From the human T2T-CHM13v2.0 reference genome, Homo sapiens, in NCBI RefSeq assembly GCF_009914755.1, contig NC_060934.1: a stretch of 64,000 bases of DNA; one strand, 5' to 3'. Position 1 is the stretch's first letter. Each line of letters begins with the position of its first letter. Below the pieces are notes generated by a model that was not told where the DNA came from, did not search any database, and saw only the letters and a program-made list of their open reading frames with translations. Both the position numbers and the translations under genes were made by a program. Positions 42,588 through 58,574 of this stretch are shown in pieces.

Positions 42588-42805
42588 TCATCAGAGAAGT
42601 CGGCTCACAGGGGGTGATGTCTCCTGCTCCCACTTACAAAGTAGGTGAGAATGATCTCGAGAAGCTCCATGAGGTGACCCTCAGCCTCTGATGGGGACAA
42701 ACAGGAGTCACCCTGCTCTCTCTCTGGCTCCCATGACTCTTATCTAAAGACCTCAGGCTGGCTTGGAGCACCCCCTTTAAACTTCCTTTAAAAAAGGAGA
42801 AAATC

Positions 42806-43177
<372 letters not shown>

Positions 43178-46100
43178 TCATGCAAACCAAGTCCCAGGGC
43201 TGGCTTCATGGCTGTTGGGCAACCCCTGCCCAGTCAGCATCCTGGCAGTTGTCACTTTGGCAGAGTCGGAGGACAGACACACAATGACAGCAAGAGCAAA
43301 GGCAGGGCCTGCCCGCGAGGAAGAGCCACGGCTGTTGAGCGTGGATGTGTATTTCTCAAGGAGTATGAAGGAGTCTTTTTGCAAAATTGCAAAGAACTGG
43401 CCTGACTGGGAAGTGCAAGAGTTATCTTCCCTTCAGGGAAGAGGGAAGTTTAACTGGGGCCTCCTTGGGCTGGAACACATCTCAAAGTCATGGTTCTTGG
43501 AAACCCAGGGTGCATTTATGGACAAGTCTATTATAGGAGTTGTAGGTGTATCTTGAAGATGCAAAAATTCATTTTGTACCTTTATTTTACACATCAGACC
43601 TTACCCAGGTACCATTCTGTGCTGGGCAGTGCCTAGGACTGAGGCAGATTTGGCTCCATTGGTGTGCCCAGGAAATGGACTTCATTGCACACTGAAGGAC
43701 CAGCCCTTCAATGCATTGTCTTCAAATAAAAATGAAAATTTCACTCATTTCTGGTGATTTTCTCAATAACCTTTCTCATAGGTTTGAATATAACTAGAAA
43801 CATAATTTTTGTCCAAGTCTTTCAGTTCACCAAAAACCAAAGTTAAATTCTACCCTTGCGCTTTAGATGTTAACAATTTGAGAAGTTTGGCGAACAATTC
43901 CATCTCCTTATTTAGAGCCAGAGCTGGAGGCCAGCTGCAGATGAGGAAAGGGAGACTTGCCCAGGGGCACGCTGCCTGCTCCTGCCACCCGTGGGCTGCC
44001 TTCTTCCTGTTCTGTTCTGTGCTGCCTCTAGTGGACTGACCCCTTATCCCTCCTTCCTGTGCCTGCAACACGGCTTATGGTGCTGGGCCTCAGGAAATGG
44101 AGGTCCCTCATCTGCATCCATAAGAAGAAAGCCCGGGTTATTCATCTGTTTAGACAGAAGTGCACTCCAACCTTTAGCAGGATCTGAAGGTGAGAAGCTA
44201 TGACTTCATTACTGTGCATCCATCTTTTGTCTGCTTGGCCCTAGTCCTCTGGGTGTGGTTTCCGCCTGGCAAATTACTTCCAGGAGATGCTTGAGAAGGC
44301 AGTAGCGTGTGGAAACATCTTATGTGCAGCATGCTTTTGTTTACAAATGATTTATTATTGGTTATGTCAAAATACACATCCTGAATGAATGGGCAGTGCT
44401 GGGTAGAAATCAGTGACATCAATCGTGGTTATTTTACTTAGCAGTGGATTTTTTTTTTTTCCTTTTCAGTGTAGTAGTAATTTGTAAATGCTTTATGGAG
44501 GTTATGCTTTCTTTAGTGGCTTGGCATCTTGGAAATTGGAGCAGCCAGGCTCGGCGTGCTGTGTCCATTTTTAGCCCTAGCAGGCAGGAAGTGTGGCCAT
44601 GCTCTCTCAGGGTAACTGCTGCGAGTTTGTGGCTAGAATGATGTTGGGTGGGAGTTACTCAACTGTTTGAATGCAATGGGCTTAGCTAATGGTAAGAAAG
44701 TGCGTGGAGCCTGGGAAGCAATTGATAGCTGGTTACCCTGAGCTCAGCCTCTAGTAACAAATGACACAAGGCATTTGTGAAGGCTGGAAAGCCTCCGTGA
44801 GAAGAGCACCTTGAGTCCCACTGGGAAGGGGCAGCCCCTTGGAGCATGAGGGGTCTCTTGCTGCCTCTGCTTTGGGTCTGGCTGAGGGTCCACTTTGCTC
44901 CCTGACCCCAGCCAGGGTACCAGTTCCCAGATTGCTGGTGGGCGTGTGACAGCTCATGTGGCCAAGCACCCTGCCCTGCTTCTTCAAAGCTCCTAGGTGG
45001 GGGAGTCCCAGTGGCAGGGCAGAGGGACCAACCCCCATGGCTGACTCAGCTGTAGTCCACCCAGATTGCATTTATGGGTAAGTCTACTAGAGGCACTGTA
45101 CCCGAGCCTGGGGCAACCCTTCTTCTTTCGTGGACTTCCCTGGTCTCTCCAGGACGTTTCAGTGCAAATGCAGCTGTGTGATACCACCCCATACACTGGC
45201 GGGGCTGAAGGGAGGTTGGGTTCCGTATCAGTCAGGGACCTTAGGGATGCACGAGATGGAAATATGACTCAAGTTCAGTCAAGTTCATAGGGGCGTTGAC
45301 TTACAAAACTGAAAGCTCAGGTACAACTGGATCCACATGGCCAGATGTTGCCACCAAGGCCCTGGCTCTCTCTCATATGTGCTCTGACAGACTCAGTCCT
45401 GTGGGGCCTCCAGCAAACTCACATTCTGTCTTCCCTGTGTAAGGAGAGGGCGTTTCCCTACAGATCAACCCAGACATGAGTCTCCTTGGCTCTGACGAGC
45501 CAGGCTTGGATAACTGGCCCAACCTCAAAGCTTCCTCGGTGTCTGGGGCTTGCCCTGTTCTGATAATCCAGGCTTGGGCCCTCTGTCTTCCCAGGGGCCA
45601 GAGGTGGAAACACAGCTCCTTTGGCAAGTGTCCTATTTTCAGTGGGGGTCCAGGGCAATAAATGAAATACTCGTTACGATAATACCAGCGATCACTGGTG
45701 TTGAGGGTGCACTTGCTGAGTGCCAGCCAGATCCTGCTCTAAGCACTTGGACATGTTAACTCGGTCAGTGCTCACAGCTGCAAAACCAGGTGAGGGCAGC
45801 AATTAGTGCATTTTTGACAGAAGGAACTGGAGGCCCAGATAGGGTAGCAGCAGGGCAGGGATTTGAAAAGGGATTGAGACCAATAATCCCCAAGACGGAG
45901 GAGTGATGCCTATGTGTGGAAGCAGGGGCCACACGGCTGCTGGGGATGGGGTGGGAAGAGGCGTCCTGTGGCCTCCAGGCTCACTCAGGGAGCAGTCAGA
46001 TGGAAGGCCGGGGTAGACACCTGGACCTGCCTGGGAAGGGCTTTAGAATCACAGGAGGGACGTGAGCTCCATCTTGAACTGGGGGAGGTGATGCCAGGGA

Positions 46101-47927
46101 TGTGGACGTCTATAGGGACTGGGCTGGGGGCACAGAGCTGGGGGCCAGGAGAGGCTCACTGAGCTGTTGCCCAGCAGGGCTGTGCCTCAGAGTCACAGGG
46201 GAGGTTCCCGAGAGCCTCCTGCTTGGACCCTGCTCTCATGATTGGCTCCAAGTTCTACAGTGAGGCCAGGGCAGCTGCATTTTTTACAAAGCTCCCCCAG
46301 GAAATTCCAAGTGTGGCCAGGGTGGAGAATGCCAGGGTCTTCTGTAGGGTCCCAGAATGAGGTCAGGACTTTCTTCAATGCAGAGGGCAGGAGGGGAGTC
46401 CAGGAGGAATGGACAGGGTGCTGTGGCTCAGGGTGCCGGTGGAAGGCAGGCATCGATGCTGAGTCTGAAGCCCTGTGCTGGGCAGGAACTTTGCTCTTGC
46501 AGGAAGTGAAACTGCTGGAGGAAATTGCTAAAGGAAAGCAATGGAATAGACTAATCCATGACAAGTTGTTAGTGAATTCATGAAGTCCAATTTTAAGAGC
46601 TGCTTTTTGAAAGAAGGCTACTGGAGAAAGGCTAACTAAATAAACAAGTTGCTGATGTTGGGATGTCAGGCAGCTGAGCTGACAGAGATCACTCCCAGCA
46701 GCCCTGAAGCCACAGGAGCCACCACACATGGTCATTTACACAGTTCCATTCATTCATTCACTGTCTCAAGTTCATTTAACACATGTGAATGGAAGGCCTT
46801 CTGGTGCTGAGACTCCAATGGTGAACAAAACCCATAGGTGCCCTTGCATTCTTTGCCGCCGGACACCTAACCTGAATCTGGGGGTCCTGTGGGAGGCAGT
46901 CCCGTAAGGGGCTGTCTGTGCGGAGCTCAGCCCTGCTCTGGAGACTCCGTGGGGCAAGGGGGCCAGGGGGCCATCGAGGGCCGCTCTGAGGTCCTTGTGT
47001 TGTCCGTGTGGGATTGAGAAGGCCTCATGCCAGGAGCTGTGCTCTTCTCTTCCAGGTGGGCCGGGGCCATGTGTATTCATTAGGGGCCTGTCATCCAAGT
47101 GGGCACTTAGGACAAAGTGGTTGCCCAGCTCTCTGCTCCACAGAACCCCATCTGCCACACATGATACCACTTTTGCTAGGCCTTCTTCTAAAGAGTTCCA
47201 CTGAACCCGTAAGAGATGTGTGTTCCTGCCACTCTGTTCCCAGCCACAACATAGAAAGGGGACTGAACTCTATACCAAGGTGGGTGGGCTGAGAGCCCCA
47301 GGCACAGCGGCTTCTGTCGGGCCATTTCTGCCCAGGTTCCTTTCTCTGGCTCCCTCCCTGCTCCCATCTTCCCTCCCCCTCTGCCCTCTCTGGCTTTTCC
47401 CATCCTCAGCTTCATCTCTTAGGACCTCGTCTTCCAGAACCCCAGACCCAGCCAAGCTCGGCCTCCCTCAGGCCTTCAGCTAGTGACCTCAGCATTGGTG
47501 GAGGGACTGCTCTGACCCCAGACCCAGCCCTTAGTGGCAACAGTGGCAGCTCTGTGGGCAGCTGTGGCTAACTTGAGCGTCTGGCGGCATTCCCAGCCTG
47601 CACTCCTGTCCCAGGCAGAGGCCTGGAGAGCTGGTGCTCAGCCCGGCATAGCGGCTGGCGTGCCATTCTTTTGACATGAGTAATAGCAAAGCAAGTCCAA
47701 GAAATGTCCAGTGTTTTCTCCCTGTTGTTGCCCAATTTCAAAGAGATAATCCAATCACCTTATCAGGTGAGGGGTGGGGCAGGCTTCCCAGAAGCAGACA
47801 GAGTGTGGGGACACCCTGACCTGGCCCCAGGAGTCTTGGCTATCCAGAGCGAGTGCTACAAGTCTGGGAAGAACCTCATAATGGAATCGCTTGCCTGTTT
47901 TGATCCTGATGTGAAAACCAGTTTGAA

Positions 47928-48197
47928 TTTTTTTTTTTTTTTTTTTTTTTTGAGACGGAATTTTGCTCTGTTGCCCAGGCTGAAGTGCAGTGGCACGAAC
48001 TCGGCTCACCGCAACCTCTGCCTCCCAGGTTCAAGTGATTCTCCCGCCTCAGCCTCCTGAGTAGCTGGGATTACAGGCGCCCGCCACCATGCTTGGCTAA
48101 TTTTTGTATTTTTAGTAAGGACTGGGTTTCACCACGTTGGTCAGGCTGGTCTCGAACTCCTGACCTCGTGATCCACCTGCCTCAGCCTCCCAAAGTT
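47928..48197 (-). mobile_element. AluS
   Basis: Poly-T followed by an antisense Alu dimer. Confidence 0.9.
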
Positions 48198-48573
48198 TTG
48201 AATTATTTTTAAAGGCTCCAAGGAGAGCTTCTGTTTTGACAGAAACTCTATCAAGATATCATCCAGCCCAGTGTGGAGACACAATCTTCCTTTAACACAG
48301 GATTCAAACCACATGCAGTTTACTTCCGGGTATCTCTGTCAGGATCTTGCATTCATTTCCCACTGCCTGATGTCTGGTTGGTGGAAGCTGAGACCCCTGA
48401 GGGATCAGAACAGATCCAGGGAGAGCTGGGAGTGCTACTTTTCCATGTCTGGTCTGGGTTTTAGGGAGTGATGTTCCCACAGAAGGCTTAAGCTGGAAAA
48501 TATCCATGATGAGTCCAGGGTACATTTGGTGGAGGTTTAAATACTGTGTCAAGATGCATACAAATAAACTTAA

Positions 48574-49071
<498 letters not shown>

Positions 49072-49559
49072 TAAGACCACAAGATCAGGCAGACATGGGA
49101 TTGTCAGCAGGATTTTTACCATCAGGTAACAGTCAATGTGTTCCCCTCCGCCCAACTTCCCTCACTGTACTCAAGGAATATCTGATGACCCAATAATAAA
49201 AACTTACAAGATTAACTGAGATAACCCAGTTTAATGTTCAATAAGGTCCCACTGGGCTGCAGAATACAGAAAAATTGACCCATATAACTTGGCATTTGTA
49301 TCTTTTCTGCAAAGTCTCAATAATGTATAATTTTAAAATCTAGAAGTTATGGAGCATTGAAGTAGCTGAGCTTTCTAGAAAGCGGACATTGTAATGAATA
49401 AGCAAAGCAAGAAAACCTCAGACATTGGTACCAGCTCTATTTTAAGCAGAGGCATGTGGAGCTCCCTGGGATACTTGGAAATGCACATTCCCAGGTACTG
49501 CAGAGGCTGTTCCTATGAACTATGCTAACTCAATCTTCAGCACAGTCTTCTGTTTTCTG

Positions 49560-49870
49560 AGCTCTAGAGCAAGGTTGGCAATTTTGCCCCATCTTACCTG
49601 CCTGAAGCCAGCACACCTGAGGGCTTGGCTTGGGCTGGAAGATCCACTTCCATGGCTGGAGGATGTTGGCCATGGACAGGAGGCCTTCAGTCCTTGCCAG
49701 ATGGACCTATCCACAGGACTATGTGTCCTGATGATCTGGGAGCTGGCTTCACCCAGAGAGAGTGATCCAGGAGAAAGCAAGAAAGACGTTACAGTGTCTT
49801 TAGGACCTAGCCTGGGAAGCTGTATTCTGCTGTTTCTTTGACATCCTATTTGTCACCTGATTTAGCCTTA
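49560..49870 (-). mobile_element. MLT1-type LTR fragment
   Basis: gggctggaagatccacttcc...gctggcttcacccagagagagtgatccaggaga..tttaggacctagcctgggaag. Confidence 0.6.
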
Positions 49871-51334
49871 TTCCTTCAGGAAAGAATGGCTGGCTCTTTC
49901 CAAACAGTATGTATGGGTGAGGGATCCTCATTCTTTTCTGACCCCGGGTGGATTAGTTGTGGCTCCTGGCAATATCCTGGATCTGACTGGTTAACTTAGT
50001 GAGAAAGGGAGCTTGGCAGACGGCTACCGCAGAGTTCTCAGAATCAATAGTGAAGCTGGAGAACAAGGCTCAGAAAACAGGGAGGAGCCCAGGAAGCTAG
50101 CAGCCTGAACCATGGTCGAGGCCAGGCCACAGGAAGCTTTTAGTAAGAATGTGGCCTGTGGTCCACGGCCACTGAGCCTGCTAGGCCCTTCCAGCTGTGG
50201 CCTCTGCAACAGTTCCAAAGCATCCCTGGGGCTATCACCCTAAAGACCAACATCTTGGGTAGGATTGATGGTTGGAGTCTGTGTCACCCCCTGACAAATC
50301 CTAACTGCTTGGCGGAGGGAATGTGAGTGAACAGGAAGGACCTCCCCTGGGAGGTGGAGCACTTTGGAGCAGCAGCTGATAGGTAAAGGGCACCTCACCA
50401 GCCCACAAAGGACAAAAGGTTACCCTGTCTATACTGAGCTCAAGTGTCATTTTTGGCTACAAGTATACCTGGTATTACAGTATTAACATACTCCTGAAAA
50501 GTTATGTTAATTGGAATTGTGCTTTATATACACTGGGTAAGCTTAATACCTTTCAGAAGACCATAGCTAATCCTTTTGTGAAGCAGCTAATCTTTTTAGA
50601 GAACAAATGGTCACTTCTTAACTATTTCTTTCAAGATTAGGAGTCTATTGTGTTTTCTCAAGGCAGAGTAGCCAGTGTTTAAGTTTTCCCTTTTGCTCAC
50701 GGTGAGGAAATGTTACTTTATAGAAAGCTGCTTGCAGCCTCTCATGCAGAATGAAAAAACAATGAGTTTTTTTCCTTCATTTTAAATCTCCACTGTAATC
50801 AACTGTCTTTTGCAAGGAGTACAGATTGTTGAAAATTTTAAAGAGCATGTATGATTTCATTCTTACCAGCAAGGCTGTTTTAATATGAGCATATTTTAAA
50901 ACTAAGAATGGCAGGATCTGAATGAGCAAAGAAGCAGGCGCTGTGAGTTGTTCTGCGGCAAAGCACATTTGGACATTCACCTCCAACATTTCTGTTTTTC
51001 TTCTGTGAGGAGCTTTGAGACTATATATAGTGGAGGTATTTTGTTCGGTTTCCTAGAGTTGCTTTCACATTTCCTGGATAACAGCATGCCGGGAGAGGAG
51101 GCTGGGAGGCTGGCTGGTGTGGGCGTGAGGAGCAAGCCTGAGAGGTTTAGACTCTGCTCCACCAGGTCTAGCGACGGGCTCTGTGTGTCCGAAGTAGTCA
51201 TGGTGGCCACAGGAAAGGAGACGCCTAGCAGGGGAGGAACTAGACAGGGGACGAGTTGGGAAGCTGCTGTCACAATCAAAGACCAGAGGGGAGAAAGAGG
51301 GGAAGTGAGAGAGACCAAGGGAAAGAGAGTTGTC

Positions 51335-51633
<299 letters not shown>

Positions 51634-51649
51634 GGTCTCTCTTAATCCA

Positions 51650-51708
51650 AGAGTGACAATGGCAGGTAGGTACACTGGAGAGTGACAATGGCAGGCAGGT
51701 ACACTGGA
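51650..51708. repeat. Tandem duplication, 2 x 29 bp
   Basis: agagtgacaatggcagg(t/c)aggtacactgg twice. Confidence 0.92.
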
Positions 51709-54302
51709 TGCCCCCCACCCCCCCGGGGGTTGGGTTCTCGCTCACCATTAGGGAGATAGCATGTTGAACAGTAGCGTATTTCTCCATATGTCTAACTCGG
51801 CTACTTTTTCCTCCAGCATTGGAACACAAAACTATCATTGGCTGATGCCAGATGAAGTACTGGCTTGTATTCCTTTAAACACCAGAATCCTACTCAATGT
51901 GGCAAGACACTCCCCATGAGAGGGCATAGTGGGTAATGGTGGATCCACTTAGCGGGGTTGAGTTTTCTCAGTTTTAATGTATGTAAGATGTGGGCCCATA
52001 TTATGGTTAGCAAAACCAATGCTCAGAGATGGAAACTAAGTTGTTCAGGGCCATGTAACCAGAGGGTAGTAGAGCTGGGATCAAGCCCCAGTTTGTCTCC
52101 CCAACCCAGGGCATCTCTGCAGACCTGAACAGTCCCCCTCCTCATGGAGAGGAGCCTTCTGGAGGGGGTGCTGCCTGGGAATTGGGGCAGCTAGTTTTGT
52201 GCCACCTTCTGGAATTGCAGACTGTGATTTGGAGGTTGTCACGTCTTTGAGTAAAATACACAGCTGAAGAAAACTCAGAAAGTAACATTTTTGAGTGGGT
52301 AGTTTAGTCGTATCAGTGAAAGGGAATCACTTTCTTGATTTGATTGTACTTTTAAAAGAGAATACTAATACCTATTTACCTGGTGCGTTTTAATGAATGA
52401 CTCATTATTTATTATTATTGTACAGTATTGTTGAAAGCATGATGGCTTTCTTTTAAACAGCTTTTTCCATACTTCATATTGCATTTAAGTATAAAACACA
52501 GAAATCATCATCGTGTTTTGGCTAACACAATTGATGCACTCTTCAAAAACTATTAGAGAGTATATTGATTTCCTGGAGATAAGAACCCTGATTTGCTTTT
52601 TTTCTTCAAGATTGTAAATTGCATTAGTGGTGACCGTCAGATTTATAGTTAAAGCAAAACTTCAAGAGGGGTAAAGTGGATGACTCACAAACCTCCCGTC
52701 ATCAGTGTTCACTGTTTACGCTTATCTGGCCAGCCTGTCTCATGCAGCATCCAAACGGACTTTAAAATTCCTTTAATTTAACACAGAAACGTTCTCTGAT
52801 GAGTTTCTGTTTTGTTTATCTGGTCCTCTCTGTGCCCTTGTTTCCTGTCCTGCTCCCTCTTTCAGTAAATCTTGTTTGCTATCAACAGGCCTGTGTTTGT
52901 TTCCTTGGAGCTTGGAATTCCTGAGCGGGAAGGAAATACTAGGAAACTTAATGCAGATATGTAATTCTTTTACTGTTTTCAAATGTACAGGGACCATCGG
53001 TTGAATTGATGTATCCTTCCTTCTTTTGGAAGTGCTCAGTGCCAGTTCATTTCCCCTTTTGCATAGCTTTGATGGCTTAATTCCACGCACCTAGACCCAT
53101 GTCTCCTGGATGGAGGACAGATTAGCTGTGCTGGGTTAGACTCATAGGCTTATCTGGAATCCTGCACTCATCTACAACGCTGATTGAGTGAACAGCAAAC
53201 ATCGTACTGTGGGTACAAACTTGGAGGTGTTTACTTGGAAATTTATATCTACCTTCCAAATAACATCTTGGAAAGCACACTGGTAGATGAGGCCTCATTG
53301 ATGAATTCACTTAGAAAAACATCATAGCATTCATTTTTATATCAATCTTCATTCAGCCCAATATTTGTAGCTGAACAAAACACTGACAACATGTCAGACA
53401 CGAAGGCCATGGTCAGTTGCCTTTCACACAGGAAAACAAAGATTAGCTGTGTAGCTACGGAAAGCGAATGTCTGTTAAGTACAGAGGTTGTAGTTAACAG
53501 CTTTATGTATTCAATTTGTTTGCAATTGACAACACCTCATTAATTGTAAGCCCAGTGACACTGCTTGCTGTTTCAAGTCACTTTTAAATTACACACGTGC
53601 TACTTAATCTTAAAAGCAAAATTAAACATTGGACTGGTTTACATTTCAAGCTACAATATGGAACCATTGTATTTGGAGGAATGAGTTTAATATGCATTGT
53701 AAAATAAAATTAGGGGGTACTTTGCATTCACAGCGGCTTATGTAATTAGGTTCAGTCAACTGTAATGTTTCAGGTTAATGTCTTCCATGATGTATGCTGT
53801 GTAAATAGTGAACTTACATATCCCTTAATACATCTGAATTATTACATAAATCCTTAATATTAATATAATAAAGTATTTTAAGCAAATTACTTGGAAGTGT
53901 GAGTTGCATGGCAAGTAGGTAAAACTGATTTATTTTTAAGAGATCAGCAAAGATAAACATTTCATTTATTTAACAACTACAGATATTTATCAAGTCTCTA
54001 CCTGGTCCAGGTACAGAGGACACAAAGATCTGAAAACTATAGTTACCGCCCTCAAGAATCTGCTAACTGAGTGTGACGTTTCCAGAGGGTTCCCTGGAAT
54101 ACGGATCCCCAGTTCCCTGTTGGGCGTAGGCAGGAGAGTTGGGAGCCACAGGCTGCAGCGGGTGGGTTCTCTTGAGAGTTTGTGGGTAGAGTTCAGAAGG
54201 CCTGCAAATCTAGACGGAGAAAACATTTGCACTTTTATTTCCAAGTAATTGGCTTCTTTTGCAATCCTACATATCCTCTATGCCTTTAAAACATTGTTTT
54301 TA

Positions 54303-54625
54303 GGCCTGGCGTGGTGGCTCACACCTGTAATCTTAGCACTTTGGGAGGCTGAGGCAGGCAGATCACTTGAGGTCGGGAGTTGGAGACCAGCCTGGCCAAC
54401 ATGGCAAAACCCCATCTCTTCTAAAAATATAAAAATTAACCAGATGTGATGGTGTATGCCTGTAATCCCAGCTACTTGGGAGGCTGAGGCAGGAGAATTG
54501 CTTGAACCCGAGAGGCGAGGTGAAGGTTGCAGTGAGCCGAGATCACACCATTGCACTCTAGCCTGGACAACAGAGGCAGATTCCATCTCAAAAAAAAAAA
54601 AAAAAAAGAAAGAAAGAAAACAAAA
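54303..54625 (+). mobile_element. AluS
   Basis: Full dimer; cattgtttttag on both flanks. Confidence 0.92.
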
Positions 54626-54639
54626 GCATTGTTTTTAGA

Positions 54640-55825
<1,186 letters not shown>

Positions 55826-57199
55826 ATTTTATTGTATGCAATTAAAAGCATTATTCTGATGATATTTCCCTAAATGGCCCAAAGGATTCGTGTTCCAGAA
55901 AATATTAAGAACCTTTGAAAGACACACTGACTTTAAAATGTTCTTTACATTTTTGCCTTTTCTCGTGACACGTCTACTTTGCTCAAAGTCCGCCTCAAGG
56001 CAGAAGCTGGCCTGTGATAGAATATTTCCCACCCCATCTTTCTTTCTTTCTGTTTTTCGTATATGAAGAGGGATTTCCAAATGCCAAGTGTGGGCATTCC
56101 TATGCCCCCTTCCCAGGAGCAGCAAGCCATTTCTCTATTCTGATTTCTGAAACTCTACCGCCCCCTTTGCATCGTTACCCAAATGGAAGGAATCCTAGGT
56201 TGTGGGGAAAATGTGAACTAACATATTCCAGAAAAATGACCCCACTCCACCTTAGGAATTAGGAGTTTTTTTCTTAATGCAGGACAAAAGTCTGATTGTG
56301 TATTTTATCATCATTTATCATGCACATTTTATTACTGTTTATCTCCACAACACCATGGGCTTGATATATTTTTCTGCCTTAATCTCCATTTTTTTCATCA
56401 AAGCTTCCCAGTAGGGACTCATCTCCTAGCAAAAATGGTTTTTAACTATTTGGGATATTTTTAAAAGACTTTTGTGGACCCTTTTATATGGTCAGCCAAG
56501 TTTTGACTTAGTCATCACTCATTCTTTAAGTCAAGTTTCAATACCGTCTTCAATGGTTAACGTTTCTTGGAACCATAAAGCTTATTTATGATGAATATAT
56601 TAATTTTATTTTGCAGTTCTTCTATTAAGGAATATAAGAAGGAATATAGGGCACAGAAAGTGGTTCTGTATTATTTTTATTTGAATTCAACTTATGATTG
56701 TCCTCCTCGAATCAAAAAGAAAAAAACATTGAAAAAGCAAATTACACGCAAAGTCTATATTGAAAATTAACATGCCGCGTTGAAGAACTCTGCCATGTGT
56801 TAATTATTGATATTGTTGCTTTAGAATTAGCTTTATCGATAAATGGATGTCCTAAATTTTATATTTGGCCTATTGTGGCCAAATATATGCAAACTTACGT
56901 TAAGTGCTTATGTTTTGGGGTATAGGAGCTATAAAAAAAGATTGTTCCCTTCCATATGTGTACAGTTCTTCTGGGGAAATGAAGACATACACAGGTGGAA
57001 CGGTAAGAACAGTGGCGAAGAAGGGCTGCACGGAGTTTCTCTCCAGCCTTTTGCGCATGGCACGCAGGCTCATCATTGCAGCTGCAGTTTTTTACTCTGC
57101 TTTCCCTGCAGCAACAGAGACAGGAGGGTGGAGAAGGGCGCCTGTGCTCTTTTGCAGCTGTGTGTGCTCATGCCACCCTCCCACTCACCACTCCCTGCT

Positions 57200-57778
57200 C
57201 AGATTCCTCACGCAGCAGTGACAAAGTACCACTCACTCAGTGGCTCACCGTCAGAGAAGCCTGGGCCTGGCCTGGCCCAGCTGGTTCTCTGCTCATCGTC
57301 TCACTTGACGAAGTTGACGGGCTGCAGGGTCATGTGCCTTTCCAGAGGCTCAGGATGAATTCACTCCCAAACTCATTCAGGTATTGGCAGAATGCAGTTC
57401 CTTGAGGTTGTAGGACTGAGGTCTCAGCTTCCACACAGGCTGTGGGCTGGGGGAGGTCCTCAGAGCTAGAGGCTGTCCCGATGCTTTAGCGGGTGGCTCC
57501 TTCCTCCATCTTTAAAGCCCGCCATGTGCTCCCAGTCTCTCTGACCCCCTTTCTCCCTCATCTCTCTGGCTCTCCTGCTCCTCGTCTGCCTTTAAGGGCT
57601 CATGTGGTAACACAGGGTGCACCCGGATGATCCAGGATAATCTCCCTACTTACAGTCAGCCGTTTAGCAAACATAATCCCATCTGCAAAGTCCCTTCACA
57701 ACGGTACCTGGATTACTGTTTGATGGAAAAAAACAGGACTGGAAATCTTGGGGGACATTTTTGGATTCTGCCTACCAC
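57200..57778 (-). mobile_element. MLT1-type LTR
   Basis: acaaagtaccac...ctcattcagg.attggcagaatgcagttcctt..ggttgtaggactgaggtc...atccaggataatctccct...attctgcctaccac. Confidence 0.75.
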
Positions 57779-58551
57779 CCCCTCCATACACACATAAACA
57801 GCAAAATGACAAAATTCAAGGCTCTCCTGAGTGACTGTTTGCAGCAAAGAAAGTTGTTTCCATTTCAGAGACAATATGTGCTGAGATAAGTTTGTGATAT
57901 TTACACATTTGGTGTTTAATCCTCGTGGACTACATTATACATATCTTTAGGAATACTCTTTACATAAATTAAGATAATTTTCTCTTTCCTGAAAACATAA
58001 CAGCATGCCACGCGTTCTGGATGAAAATGAGGAACTGTTTACACCATGGGCCCAATTAAACTCTGCGAGAATTCTGATGTGCGATAAAAATGTGCTCAGA
58101 TGTATAGCATATTTTAAGTTTCCTAGGACTTTCCTTGCAAGCATAATCACAAATTAATATTAAAAAGCTATTTAATTACAATATCAAGAATGTATCTAAG
58201 GCTCCCTGGCATTTAACAGAGAAAGTTATGCTAAACATACATCATTATTTTCCTCCATGCAGTTGTCCAGGGTGACCTCTCTTAGCTGGGATTGACAAAT
58301 CCACCCCAGGTGGCAGAGTGGAAGAGCTTGGAGTTTGGAGTTAGAAGGTCTGGATTGAATTTTCTCTTTCCAGGCCCCTACCGAAGTCCTGTGGTTTCCC
58401 TAAACCTCGATTTCCCTAATGGGCATGATAATCCTGATTTGAGATTTAATGAAGTCATATCAAAGAAAATACTTTGTAACCTATAAAGCACAGATGCTTG
58501 CTAAACAACTCCTGTAAACATACATTATCCCCCTTCCCCCCACCCCCCGCG

Positions 58552-58574
58552 CACACACACACACACACACACAC
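58552..58574. repeat. (CA)n microsatellite
   Basis: Direct inspection. Confidence 0.9.
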
